Origin: Neocallimastix sp. 'constans'
Taxonomy: Eukaryota
Assembly (NCBI GenBank): GCA_050613775.1
Contig: JBODTK010000158.1
Location: 62,001-126,000 of the forward strand
Length of the DNA: 64,000 nucleotides
Direction: 5' to 3'
Positions 40,816 through 52,700 of this stretch are shown in pieces. Below the pieces are notes generated by a model, which was not told the origin of the DNA, ran no database searches, and saw only the letters and a program-made list of their open reading frames with translations. Every line of letters begins with the position of its first letter. The first letter of the stretch is position 1. The position numbers and the translations under genes are program-made.

Positions 40816-43625
40816 ATGCAAGGTAAAAATGATAAAAATAAGTGATGAATTTGTGATGGTTTTGTTCAAAAATTATTGTGTTAAGATTATATAATGATGT
40901 ATAATGAAAAATAAAGGGAATAAAAAATGAATAATAATTATTACAATAAAGTAATAGAAACTACAGGAATTAATTGAATAAAAGTCAATGATATTAGATC
41001 AATAATAAAAAATAAATAATAAATACTTTATTATTTTAAATGAAAAATATAAAACGTTTTGAAAGTAATGAATTTAAAAAAAATCATAAATTTAAAAGAA
41101 AAGTTATATATTCAAAATTTGATAAATATGTATAAGGTGTAAAAGAATATTAATATATTAAATAAAATGAATAAATAATAAATAAAAAATTAAATAATAA
41201 ATTAAAAATAAAAGTTTTAATAGTAACAATAATAAATAAAATTAAAAAAGAATAATAAATGACTAATAAGTAAATGAAAAACAAAAAGAAATCATTTTAA
41301 AAAAAGAAAATATAAATTGAAAATTAAAAATAAATCATTTTAATTATAAATATTCAAAAATATAAACAAAAGTATTAAAATATTTAAATAAATGCTAATA
41401 CATATATATTAATTAAAAAATATTAATTAGTTATTGATACTGCCAAGTGGATTAAGGAAAACTACACCCCATATGAAGGTGATGCTTCTTTCTTAGTTTC
41501 TGAACCATCAAAGAAAACTAAAGAAGTTTGGGATAAATGTAGTGAACTTCGTGCTGCTGAAATTAAGAGTGGTGGTTGTCTTGATGTTGATAACAAAACT
41601 ATCTCTACCGTTAATGCTCATGAAGCTGGTTATATTATTAAAGAAAATGAAGATATTGTTGGTTTACAAACTGATGCTCCTCTTAAACGTTCCATTAAAC
41701 CATTCGGTGGTGTTCGTATTGTTAAGAACGCTTTAAAGGCTTACAATCATACCCTTGACCCAGAAGTTGAAGAAATTTTCAAGTACCGTAAGACTCACAA
41801 TGATTGTGTTTTCGATATTTACACTCCAGAAATGAGAAAAGCTAGATCTAATGCCATTCTTACCGGTTTACCAGATGGTTATGGTCGTGGAAGAATTATT
41901 GGTGATTACAGACGTATTGCTTTATATGGTGTTGATCAATTAATTGAATGGAAAATGCAAGATAAACTTTCTCTTGGTATTACTATGACTGAAGAAAACA
42001 TGCGTACCAGAGAAGAACTTGCCGATCAAATTAAGGCTCTTAATGAATTAAAAGCTCTTGGTCAAAGATATGGTTTTGATCTTTCAAAGCCAGCTACTAA
42101 TGCCAAGGAAGCTATTCAATGGACTTACTTTGGTTACCTTGCTAGTGTTAAAGATCAAGATGGAGCAGCTATGTCTTTCGGACGTGTTGATTGTTTCTTT
42201 GATATTTACATTGAAAATGATATGAAGAAGGGTCTCTTAACTGAAGCTGAAGCCCAAGATTTAATTGATCAATTAATTATTAAACTTAGATTAGTTCGTC
42301 ATTTACGTACTCCAGAATACAATGATTTATTCGCTGGTGATCCAACCTGGGTTACCATGGTTGTTGGTGGTATGAATAATGATGGAAGACCATTAGTTAG
42401 TAAAACTTCATATCGTATTGTTAATACTCTCAGAACTCTTGGTGCTGCTCCAGAACCAAATATTACAATTTTATGGAACAAGAATCTTCCAACTCCATTC
42501 AAGCATTTCTGTAATAAGATTTCAATTGCTACTTCATCAATTCAATATGAAAATGATAATCTTATGAACAAGATGTTTGGAGATGATTATGCTATTGCTT
42601 GTTGTGTTTCACAAATGAGAGTTGGTAAAGATATGCAATTCTTCGGTGCTCGTTGTAATTTAGCCAAGCTTTTACTTTACGCTTTCAATCATGGTTATGA
42701 TGAAAGAACTGAAAAGCAAGTTGGACCAGACTTTGGAGATATTAAATTAAATGAAGATGGATCAGTCAACTTTGAATCCGCTTGGGAAATTTATGACAAA
42801 GCCATGGATTGGATTGCATGTCTTTATGTCAATACCATGAATGCTATTCATTATTCTCATGATAAGTATTGTTATGAAGCTATTCAAATGGCACTTCATG
42901 ATACTAATGTTCATCGTTACATGGCCTTCGGTATTGCCGGTTTCTCAGTTATTGTTGATTCCTTCTCAGCTATTAAGTACGCTAAGGTTTTCCCAGTTCG
43001 TAACCCAGAAACTAATTTAACTACCGATTTCAAGATTGAAGGTGACTTCCCAAAATTCGGTAATGATGATGATCGTGTTGATCACTTTGCTGTTGAAATT
43101 CCAAAGATCTTCCTTGCCAAGTTAAAGAAATATCCAGCTTACAGAAACGCTGAACATACCTTATCTATCTTAACCATTACTTCAAATGTCGTTTACGGTA
43201 AGAAGACTGGTTCTACTCCAGATGGACGTAAGGCTGGTGAAGCTTTCGCTCCAGGTTGTAATCCAATGCATGGACGTGAAACTAATGGAGCTGTTGCTTC
43301 TCTTAATTCAGTTAGTAAAGTTGAATATGAATATTGTAAAGATGGTATTTCCAACACTTTCACATTCGTTCCAAGTGTTTTAGGTAAACTTGATGATGAA
43401 CGTGTTGCTAATCTTTCTGGTTTATTAGATGGTTACTTCAACCAAGGAGGTTTCCACTTGAATGTTAATGTCTTAGTTCGTGAAACTTTAAAGGATGCCA
43501 TGGTCCATCCAGAACTCTATCCAAACTTAACTATTCGTGTTTCTGGTTACGCTGTTCATTTCATTCGTTTAACCCCAGATCAACAAAGAGAAGTTATTGC
43601 CAGAACTTTCCATGAAACTCTTTAA
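40816..43625 (+). CDS. pfl: Pyruvate formate-lyase, copy 4, 733 aa
   Basis: Exon 1 is 40816-40822 (ATGCAAG), the intron is 40823-41430 (608 nt, GTAAAA...GCTAAT...TAG), and exon 2 is 41431-43625. Spliced length is 2202 nt and the catalytic motifs are intact. Exon 1 is assigned by analogy with copies 1 and 2. Confidence 0.93.
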
Positions 43626-44270
43626 ATAAATCTAGATAAGAAGTAATTTTTAGAAATTTAAAAAAAGATTGTATATTTTTTTTTCTTTAACAGTGAATAA
43701 ACATTGTTTTTGTTTTTTTTATTTTTAAAAAAAAAAAGGATTATAAAGTATATAATTAATTTAAAAAATCTTAAAGAATTTGCCTTCTCTAATAATTATC
43801 GATTTTTAAAATATATATAAAAAATAATTTTTATAAAAATACTTAATAATATTTATTAATTTTACGAAGTTAAAAATTATAATTAAAATATATAATTTTT
43901 TTTTTTTTTTTTTTTTTTAGAGGTAAAAAAAAATTAAAAAAAAAAAAAAAAGGAAAAATGAATAAACAAAATATCATAAAGTTATTTACATAAAAAAATA
44001 AATTTTTATGTAATTAAACCATGAAAAAAATCTCTAAATAATAATAAAATAATAAATAAAAATAATAATTAAAAAAAAAAAAAAAAAGTTGAGTTATAGT
44101 AAAAGTAAAGAAATTTAAAGTGTCAATATCAAATATATTGTTATTATTGTTTTTGATATTATTTGTTTTGATATTTATAGTAAAATTAAATGATTTCAAT
44201 TCATTTCATAATTATTATAAATAATTTGATGTAATTTTATATTATATATATATATATATTTGTTTTTCTT

Positions 44271-44319
<49 letters not shown>

Positions 44320-44323
<4 letters not shown>

Positions 44324-47300
44324 CTTAGATTTAGGATTAAAGAATTCATGGAAGGTTGATAGAAAAGGAATAACCTATATCAGGTGTACTAATTACAGCT
44401 TTCTGTGATTCTATGATAATCGATAACCCGAGCAGGGGTGTACTCGATTTATGTATTTAAATCGCCTGCAAGGGGAATTAACTTTACTCTTATAAAGTAG
44501 ATCCACAGTACTGGTGCAAAATAGTAGTAAAGTTATATTTTGTGTTAATTAATAACATTATGCGCAATGGTAATGTTATTGGTAAAATTTTTCTGGTGAA
44601 CACTCACTGCGGAATATAATGGTGCATTTTTGGAACATTGTTAAATAAGTTACACCCAAGAATTAGTAATACATTTTCATTGTATTTCTATTTTCATGTA
44701 GTATTACTATTCTCATGTAAGAATCTATTGTATTCAATTGTATTTCAACTTTATATTTCATGTATCACGTTGTAAGAGATTGATTCACTCTAAATCTTGT
44801 AGTAATTTATTTAACTCTTTACTAATTTTGTGCCATTTTATTTCATCAATTCAATCTTAGTCATTAAATACTTTATGATATTCAATTTAAATAATATACT
44901 GAAAAAAGTGCTAAATCAAATTATTTTTCAATCATTCAACAAACTACTAATTATCGAAATTATTTACTCCAAAAAGATATAAAATTATTACAATTCTCAT
45001 TATACTCAAGACTTTATAATAAAAATTGACTTTTTTTTATTTTTTTTTTTTTAGTTATTAATTTTTAGTTTTTTATTACTATTATGGAAATCCAATTTAT
45101 AAGAAATAAGAATTTCATTCTAAGAGGTTCAAGGTGCCACGGTATACCAATGGAGAATACGAAACTACTCTTTATCCGCGGACTTCGATCTTGGCCAGAA
45201 ATCAAAATGAGAAGACATTTAAAGAAAACTCTGAATGAATTAAATGATAAGGTTTTATCAGTTAAACGTATTGCTAATTTTAATGATGCATTCTTTAAAA
45301 TTAAAATAGTAGGTAATGAAGAAGAATTAACATCTATTACTGATTGTATTGTTAATAGTTTCAAACGTGCTTCAATTAACGTTATTAATTGTAGCAAAAG
45401 GAATCATAAATACAGTTTTTCTTCACTCAAAAGGAAACATTTTGCCTTATCAGAAAAAGTGAATTCATCTTATAATATCAACTTATTCACTACTTCAAAT
45501 TCAAATGCAGATTCAAGTCAAAATTCAAATTCAAGTTCAAATACAGATTCATGTTCAAGTTCAAGTACAAGCTCAAGTTCAAGTTCAAGTCCAAGTTCAA
45601 GTACAATTTCAAGTTCAAGTTCAAGTACAAGTTCAAGTACAAGTTCAAGTTCAAGTTCAAGTTCAATTTCAAGTACAAGTTCAAGTTCAATTTCAAATTT
45701 ATGTTTAAATTCAGTTTCAAGCTCAGATTCAAATTCAAATTTCAGTTCAATCAATTATAATAATTCCAATAATATTAATAACACTTATATTAATAATAAT
45801 ACAGTTAAAGAATTTTCTCTATGTGTCAGTTGGAATACTAATGGATGGAACTTTGATAAAAAAGACAGTGTTGAATTCTTTATTTCAATGTACAAACCAC
45901 TTTTCTTATGCTTTCAGGAAACAGGAAATGGTTCAGGTTCTAGCAGTAAATATCCATGTCGAGTATCATTAAAAAACTACAAACATTTCTTCAAAAAAGC
46001 TAATAATGAAATTCCCGGTAAAAGAGGTCTTTATATTGGGTTTCATAATTCTTGTCAAGCCTCTCTTGAAAATAACACTTATGAGTATATTATTTCCTTG
46101 TATACTTATAATTTTTGGAATTTCACTAAATGTTCTATTGGTAATGTGTACGTACCTCATAGTGGCCATAGCCTTCATGCTAGAGCTGCTAGAATTGAAA
46201 TATTGTCTTGGTTAAATAGTCACTCTTCTCATCCTTCAATGTTGGTTGGTGATTTTAATTTACCTACTGAGAAATTAAGTAATTTGCTCTCTAAATTTAG
46301 TAATTGGAAAATTCTTCCCTTATGGGGCTCCCCAATTTCATGGAGTAGAGGTAATAGAGAATCTGATATAGATCATGCGATTGTCAATGATCATATGTTA
46401 GATTTACTTTCATATGGTACTTTTATTGACTTTCCCCCCATTTCGGATCATAAACCTTTATTAATAAAAAGTAAATGTTTTTCATCAGTTAATTCAGATA
46501 ATTCTTTCTCTCTGCCTAAAAAGACAGTTAAATGGGATAGATTAAAATGTATAAATGAAAAAGAATCAATTTTTGACAACAACTATTTTAGTGTATTAGA
46601 GGAATTGATTCCAGATCCTAATATTAGTATTGATGATATTTCAAAGAAATTTATTTCAACTTCATTCAATATTGCTAAGGAACTTAATATCACGTCAATT
46701 TCAGAAGTTCGAAAATCTTTTTTTCATATGTCGCAGAAAATATTTAATTTGCAAAAACTCAAAATGAAATTATATAAATCCATTAAAAGAAGAGGTTCTT
46801 ATCATAATTTAGATGAATTTGAAGAATTAATTGATAAATATAATAGAATGAGCAAAATTATTCATCATATGTGTAATATTTATAGGAAAACTGAATACCA
46901 GCATTGGATTAATACAGGATGTGAATATATGAAATCTCATAACCCTAAAAAAGCTTGGAAATGGCTTAAAACAACAGCAAAAGTAGATAAATTTAAAAAT
47001 ATGTCAAATTCTCCAGTAAAGGACAAAAATGGTAAACTAGCTACTTCTACTAAAGAACAGTTAGAAGTATGGCACAATCACTATAAAAAACTTGCTTCAA
47101 GCCATTCTGATATCAATAGTGCATTAATCGAATGGTATAATAAATTTTCCAATGGAACAATTAGGTATACGAGACACATTGAATGGGATATAAATCAAGA
47201 CATCAGTATAGAAGAAATTAGAGAAGCAATTTTGGCTACTCCAAATTTTAAAGCTTCAGGCCCGGATGGAATTCCTATTGAATTTTATAAAGCTTTAATT

Positions 47301-49585
47301 CCTCCGGATGACGAAAATTCAGTAAATAATTCTTCTTCTGGTTTAAATTGTTTACAGAAGATATACTCAAGAATTTGGAATGGAGAATTTCCTAGCTCAT
47401 GGAATGAAGCAAGTATTATATCTATTCCTAAAAAAGGAGATGATCTATCTGATTGTGACAATTATCGAGGTATCTCTCTGATTAACAATGGTATTAAACT
47501 CATTTCGAAAATAGTCTCCAAAAGAATTTCAGAATATGGACTTAAAAATAATTTTATTAGGCCAGAGCAATTTGGATTTCGTACTAAAGAAGAATGTGTT
47601 AGTTTATTTATTTCAATTCGAGAAATTTGTCAAAGGCGTAAAAATGATAATAAAGAAACTTACCTAGCTTTTCTAGATTTAAAAAAGGCATATGATTCTG
47701 TTCCAATAGGTAATATTTTATATAAATTAGATGCTTTAGGTATTAGAGGTAAATGTTATCAATTTATAAAAAATCTATATTTGACATCCAAAGCTAGTGT
47801 TAAAATTGATGATCAATATTCGGAATCTTTTAATATTATGAAAGGAGTTAGACAAGGTTGTCCACTATCACCAATTCTTTTCAATCTTTTTATTAATGAC
47901 ATTTTTAATGATGTTTCAGAACTTGGAATTCCTTTAGGCGAATCTAGATGTTGTGGTGGACTCTTTGCAGATGATATTGTTCTATGCGCACCGTCAAGAA
48001 CTAAGTTGAAAAAAATGCTTAAGAAGGTAAATGAATGGGCTAAATTTAATATGATGAATTTTGGAATTAATAAGTGTGCAACGATGGTGATTCGACCAGA
48101 CACACCTCTTTTTCAAAATAAAAGAGATCCTACTTTTTATCTTGCTGGTCAACCAATTCCAATAACTAAATGTTATACCTATTTAGGTATACCATTTGAT
48201 AAAAGCTTATCGTTGAAACCTATTATTAAATTACTTAACTCTAAAGTAACTAAAGCTCTCTTTTCTGTTAGTAAATTTCTTTCAAATTCCAAAATTCCTA
48301 TTCCATTTAAGAAGATTATAATTAACTCTTATGTACTTAGTAAAGTCTCTTACTTTGCACCTTTACTTGGTTCGAATAAAACGAGAACAAATAATACTCA
48401 GAAATTAATTAATAAAGGATTAAGATGGATTGCAGGTATACAAAAAGCCAAATCATTTATTAATGTATATTCTATTTCAAAAGATTTACATATTCCTCCA
48501 TTGTCAGCTAAGTGTGCTTTGTCTCAGGTCAAATGTTTTGATAAATGGAAAAATTCAAATTGTATTATTTCCTATTTAGTTAATAATATTCCAAAATCTA
48601 GAAAATATACATGGACAAAAGAAAGTAGAACTCTTAAACGTAAACTAGAGAAAAGAGGTAATAACGATAATAAAATCAAGGATTTTTATTGGAAAAGAGA
48701 TATGAAAATCAATTCTATTAAAGCTGAGTTTTATGACAAAAACAAATTCGAAGAAACATCAAAATTTATAAAACTTTGTTATGACTATCCTGATCTTTCA
48801 TATGGTTTCTATTGGCTATTGAGAGCACGAAGCGGATATAGATTAGATGCTAGAATTGCTAAAGCTGCAAAAATAGTGGACCAAATGTGTCCTAATTTTT
48901 GTCCCTGTTGTAAAAGTAATAAACAATGGATAAGTCATTGGTTAATTGATTGTCCCTTTTTCAATCATACTCGTAGTAAAGTTAATGATAAAATTTTATT
49001 TTTATATAATGCTTTTTACCGTGGCAACCTAACAAATGATATTGTTAATAGTAATAATGATAATAGTAATAGTAATAATAGTAATAGTTATAATAGTAAT
49101 AATAATATTAGTAATAGTATTTTTAGTAATGTTAGTAATAGTATTGAAAATAATGTGTATATTGATTCTAGTGTGTGTGAAAAAGTGTTTAATTTCCTTC
49201 TTGGAGGTCGAAGTATTAATAACAGTACAAGGGAATGGAAGGATCTATTTAAGTGCCAGATGAAATCAGGTGCTTATTCTGATACTCCGTTCTTAGTGGT
49301 TACTGCGGCACTTCTCCAATCGATTATACCTATTGCTATTGGCCAGCAATGGTCTTTGTTCAATAGGTTCAAATCGAATCGTACTACTACTACCAAGAGC
49401 GTCAATGCTGAAGAAACAGTAAGACAGGCCAGCAGGGCTAACGCAACCAATGAAGATCATAATTTTGTATCTTAAAATTATGATTAACATTGCGAAGTCA
49501 AAGTTAATTATTATACTTCAGTATAATAATGCCCTTGTGAAGTCTTACAAATATTAATTAAATGAAACTAGAATATATTATACCA
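44320..49585 (+). mobile_element. Apparently intact non-LTR retrotransposon (LINE-like, single ORF)
   Basis: A ~760-nt leader follows a T47 tract (44273-44319), then an uninterrupted 1463-aa ORF and a short structured 3' UTR. No TSD was identified, so boundaries are approximate. Confidence 0.9.
45084..49475 (+). CDS. Retrotransposon polyprotein: N-terminal RRM-like domain, Ser-rich linker, APE endonuclease, reverse transcriptase, C-terminal CCHC-type Zn motif
   Basis: APE motifs: SWNTNG, FQETG, GDFN, DIDH, SDHKP. RT motifs: KASGPDG, NYRGISL, QFGFR, FLDLKKAYDSV, GVRQGCPLSPILF, LFADD, YTYLG. C-terminal CPCC...HWLIDCP. The RRM-like call is an inference. Confidence 0.95.
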   Translation: MEIQFIRNKNFILRGSRCHGIPMENTKLLFIRGLRSWPEIKMRRHLKKTLNELNDKVLSVKRIANFNDAFFKIKIVGNEEELTSITDCIVNSFKRASINVINCSKRNHKYSFSSLKRKHFALSEKVNSSYNINLFTTSNSNADSSQNSNSSSNTDSCSSSSTSSSSSSSPSSSTISSSSSSTSSSTSSSSSSSSISSTSSSSISNLCLNSVSSSDSNSNFSSINYNNSNNINNTYINNNTVKEFSLCVSWNTNGWNFDKKDSVEFFISMYKPLFLCFQETGNGSGSSSKYPCRVSLKNYKHFFKKANNEIPGKRGLYIGFHNSCQASLENNTYEYIISLYTYNFWNFTKCSIGNVYVPHSGHSLHARAARIEILSWLNSHSSHPSMLVGDFNLPTEKLSNLLSKFSNWKILPLWGSPISWSRGNRESDIDHAIVNDHMLDLLSYGTFIDFPPISDHKPLLIKSKCFSSVNSDNSFSLPKKTVKWDRLKCINEKESIFDNNYFSVLEELIPDPNISIDDISKKFISTSFNIAKELNITSISEVRKSFFHMSQKIFNLQKLKMKLYKSIKRRGSYHNLDEFEELIDKYNRMSKIIHHMCNIYRKTEYQHWINTGCEYMKSHNPKKAWKWLKTTAKVDKFKNMSNSPVKDKNGKLATSTKEQLEVWHNHYKKLASSHSDINSALIEWYNKFSNGTIRYTRHIEWDINQDISIEEIREAILATPNFKASGPDGIPIEFYKALIPPDDENSVNNSSSGLNCLQKIYSRIWNGEFPSSWNEASIISIPKKGDDLSDCDNYRGISLINNGIKLISKIVSKRISEYGLKNNFIRPEQFGFRTKEECVSLFISIREICQRRKNDNKETYLAFLDLKKAYDSVPIGNILYKLDALGIRGKCYQFIKNLYLTSKASVKIDDQYSESFNIMKGVRQGCPLSPILFNLFINDIFNDVSELGIPLGESRCCGGLFADDIVLCAPSRTKLKKMLKKVNEWAKFNMMNFGINKCATMVIRPDTPLFQNKRDPTFYLAGQPIPITKCYTYLGIPFDKSLSLKPIIKLLNSKVTKALFSVSKFLSNSKIPIPFKKIIINSYVLSKVSYFAPLLGSNKTRTNNTQKLINKGLRWIAGIQKAKSFINVYSISKDLHIPPLSAKCALSQVKCFDKWKNSNCIISYLVNNIPKSRKYTWTKESRTLKRKLEKRGNNDNKIKDFYWKRDMKINSIKAEFYDKNKFEETSKFIKLCYDYPDLSYGFYWLLRARSGYRLDARIAKAAKIVDQMCPNFCPCCKSNKQWISHWLIDCPFFNHTRSKVNDKILFLYNAFYRGNLTNDIVNSNNDNSNSNNSNSYNSNNNISNSIFSNVSNSIENNVYIDSSVCEKVFNFLLGGRSINNSTREWKDLFKCQMKSGAYSDTPFLVVTAALLQSIIPIAIGQQWSLFNRFKSNRTTTTKSVNAEETVRQASRANATNEDHNFVS

Positions 49586-49734
49586 TTATTTTATTTTTAT
49601 TTTGTGTTTTATTTTTTGTTTATTTTTTTATCTTTTTTTTTTTTTTATTATTTTATTACATGTATTTTATCAAATATTTAATTAATAAAGATGAAACAAG
49701 TTTGCTGTCGTTAAAAAAAAAAAAAAAAAAAAAA

Positions 49735-52700
49735 AATGATAATCGATGATTATCGTTTCTAAAGTGACCTCTAGTACGAAGAGAGAAAACTGGAATACTG
49801 TAGAAAGTGAACTTGATGTTTTATATTGTTTTTAAACTGGATATGTAGTAACATTGGAATTGTAATTAATTAATAATATCATGTAGTTTTTACATATTAT
49901 CATTATAATGAATCTATTGTATTTTTTTTTTTTTTTTTTTTACTTTTTAGTATTATTATTTTGTATATGTATTTTTTCTATTGTATTATTTAAACTCTCA
50001 TGTAGCCATTATAAAATGGAAATGTTAAGAGATTGATTCACTCCAAAGCTTGTGTTTTAAGACATTATTTAACGGATGGGAAACTTTTTTTATAGTCTTT
50101 TCGCTACTAACATTATTTTACATTTTCATTTCTAGTTTATTTATGAGTACTTTAGAGAAAAAATTATTTTATCAATCATAGCTTTACTAATCGAATAGAA
50201 TTTCAGAAACTCAAAAAGATATCTTAAAAAAAAAAAAAAAAAAAAAAAAGGAAAAAAGAGATTATTCATTACTACAAATACTTAAGTTGTTTATTTTTCA
50301 TAAATTTTATCAATTACTTCAAAAAGATGAAAACTTCATATTATTTTTATTATTTTAATTTTTCTATTTTAATTTTTTTACTTTTTATTTTTATTTATTA
50401 TTATTTTTTTTTATATATTTTTTATTTATATTTATATTTCTTAGTTTTTAGTGTTTTAGTTTTTATTAGTTTCATTTTTAATCAATTTGTAATTTATAGT
50501 TCATTATGGAAAAGGTATTTCACCAGGGTTCTCGTTGGAGCATCTATTATTAACAACACAAGGTTGATTTTTTATCCATGGTATACGCTCATGGACCAAT
50601 GCTAAAATGAAGGAATTTATTTCATTCTAGATTCAAAAAATTCAAGGATAATATTTTGTCAGTAAAAAGAAATACTAAATTCAATGCTAGTTTCTTCAGG
50701 ATAAAATTATATACACTCCAAATTTCAACCACGAAAAATTTGAAAAAAAAAAAAAAAAAAGTATTTGAAAAAAACAATATCAGGAGTTAAAATTTCATAT
50801 CGTAGATGTTTCAAATAGAATCATAAGGCTTCTTTTCAACATTCAAAGCAAAAATCTGATATCAAATAACACATCCAAAAATACAAACTCAGTAAACCTC
50901 AGTTCAACTAATTTAGCAAATGTTATAAATGGCAATCATGAACTCAATGCTTCCAATATTTCTAATATTAATTCTCAAAATCTAATTTCATATTCTAACA
51001 CAGGAAAGTTTTCTTTTTGTCTTAGTTGAAATACCAATGGATGGAATTGTGTAAAAAGAGATAGTATTGAGTACTTCAACACGATTTTTAAACTATTATT
51101 CTTATGTTTTTCAGGAAACGTTTAATGGTACCAATGATGCTAGAAATCCATATAAAGTAATACTTCCCAACTACAAATATTTCAAGAAAAGAATAGATCC
51201 ATATACTCCAGGTTGCAGAGGTTTATATCTTGGGTATCATGTCTCATGTCAAGTAGTACTTAGAAGATAATTCCTATACTTATCTTATTTCTTTAACAAC
51301 ATCTAGTCTATGGAATCACTCGAAGTTGTTCCGTCGGTAATGGTCTGTATTCCCACTAAGAAACACTCATTACAAGTCTGATATACATTCTTTGAAGTTT
51401 TCACATGGCTTCAGAGTCACACTAATCATCCATCTATTCTTCTTGGAGACTTTAACATGAGCACCACTGATTTACAAGATAAATTAAGGGATAGTAACCT
51501 TGATAACTGGTTTATTCTTCCGATTAATGGTTCACCTATTTCATGGACTAGAGGTAGATATTCATCAGATATTGATCATGCGTTAGTCAACTCAAGTATA
51601 CTGGATATATTATCAAGTGCTTATTTTATTAATTTTCTTTCTGCATCTGATCATAAACCTCTCAGTTTATTATTGCAAGAAAATTGACATCGATGAATCA
51701 TTTTTGTTACCAGAAAAAAAAAAAAAAAAAAATTTGTTAGGTGGGATAGGTATAAATATCTTGAACTTAATAAGGAAATATGTCATCACAATAAATTTGA
51801 AATTCTTAGTGAAGAAATAGGAAATGAAATACTTTCAATAGATTATGTAATTTGAAAAGTTCATTAACACTACTAATTCCATTGCTAAGGATTTATCGAT
51901 TACATCTTCAACAGAAATCAGAAAAAGCGATGTTTAGAATGTCACGAAAAATTTATTGCCTTCAAAAGGTAAAGCATATTAAATACAAATAAAATAAGCG
52001 TTTTGTTTCTGCAAATGATTCTAATGAATTTGCTAAAATAGTTGACTCGTATAACAGACTATGTGAATCAATTCATAAAAAATGTAAGGAATTTAGGAAA
52101 AAAATAATATTTATATTGGATTAAAATTGAATGTTCATTAGCTCTTAAAAAAGGGATAGTAGGAAAGCATGGAAATGGGTTAAAAAGAGTGCAAAAATAA
52201 ATAATCAATCTTTCGTGGTCTCTCATCCTATTAAAAATTATAATAATGAACTTGTTTCTTCTACAGATGAAGAATTGAAAGCTTGGCATTCTCATTATAT
52301 ATTCCTAGGGTTGAGTTCTTCAGGCCATAGTCTTTTTAAAGATTACTGGAAAGATTCTGACGCACTAAGGAATTTGGGAAGTCCAAGGCAAAAAGAATGG
52401 GATATTAACCAAGGTATTTGTGATAAAGAAGTTAGCGAAGCAATCTCATCTATGCCTAACTTTAAAGCTTGTGGTCCTGATGGTATTCCAATGGAATTCT
52501 TTAAAGCTTTGATTCCTTGTAAAGATAATTCAGAAGAATCAAGTGAAAATAATAGTAATATTTCATCTGGTTTTAAATGTCTCAAAGCCTTCATCAATCG
52601 TAATTGGAATGGAATAATGCATCAATAGTTTCTATTCATAAAAAGGGAGATCCATCAGATTGTAATAACTATCGTGGCATCTCTCTTATCAATAATGGAT

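Noticed and set aside
45490..45760. Poly-QV, LN, LE and FK ORFs
   Set aside because: Alternative frames of the (TCAAGT)n linker inside the retrotransposon ORF.
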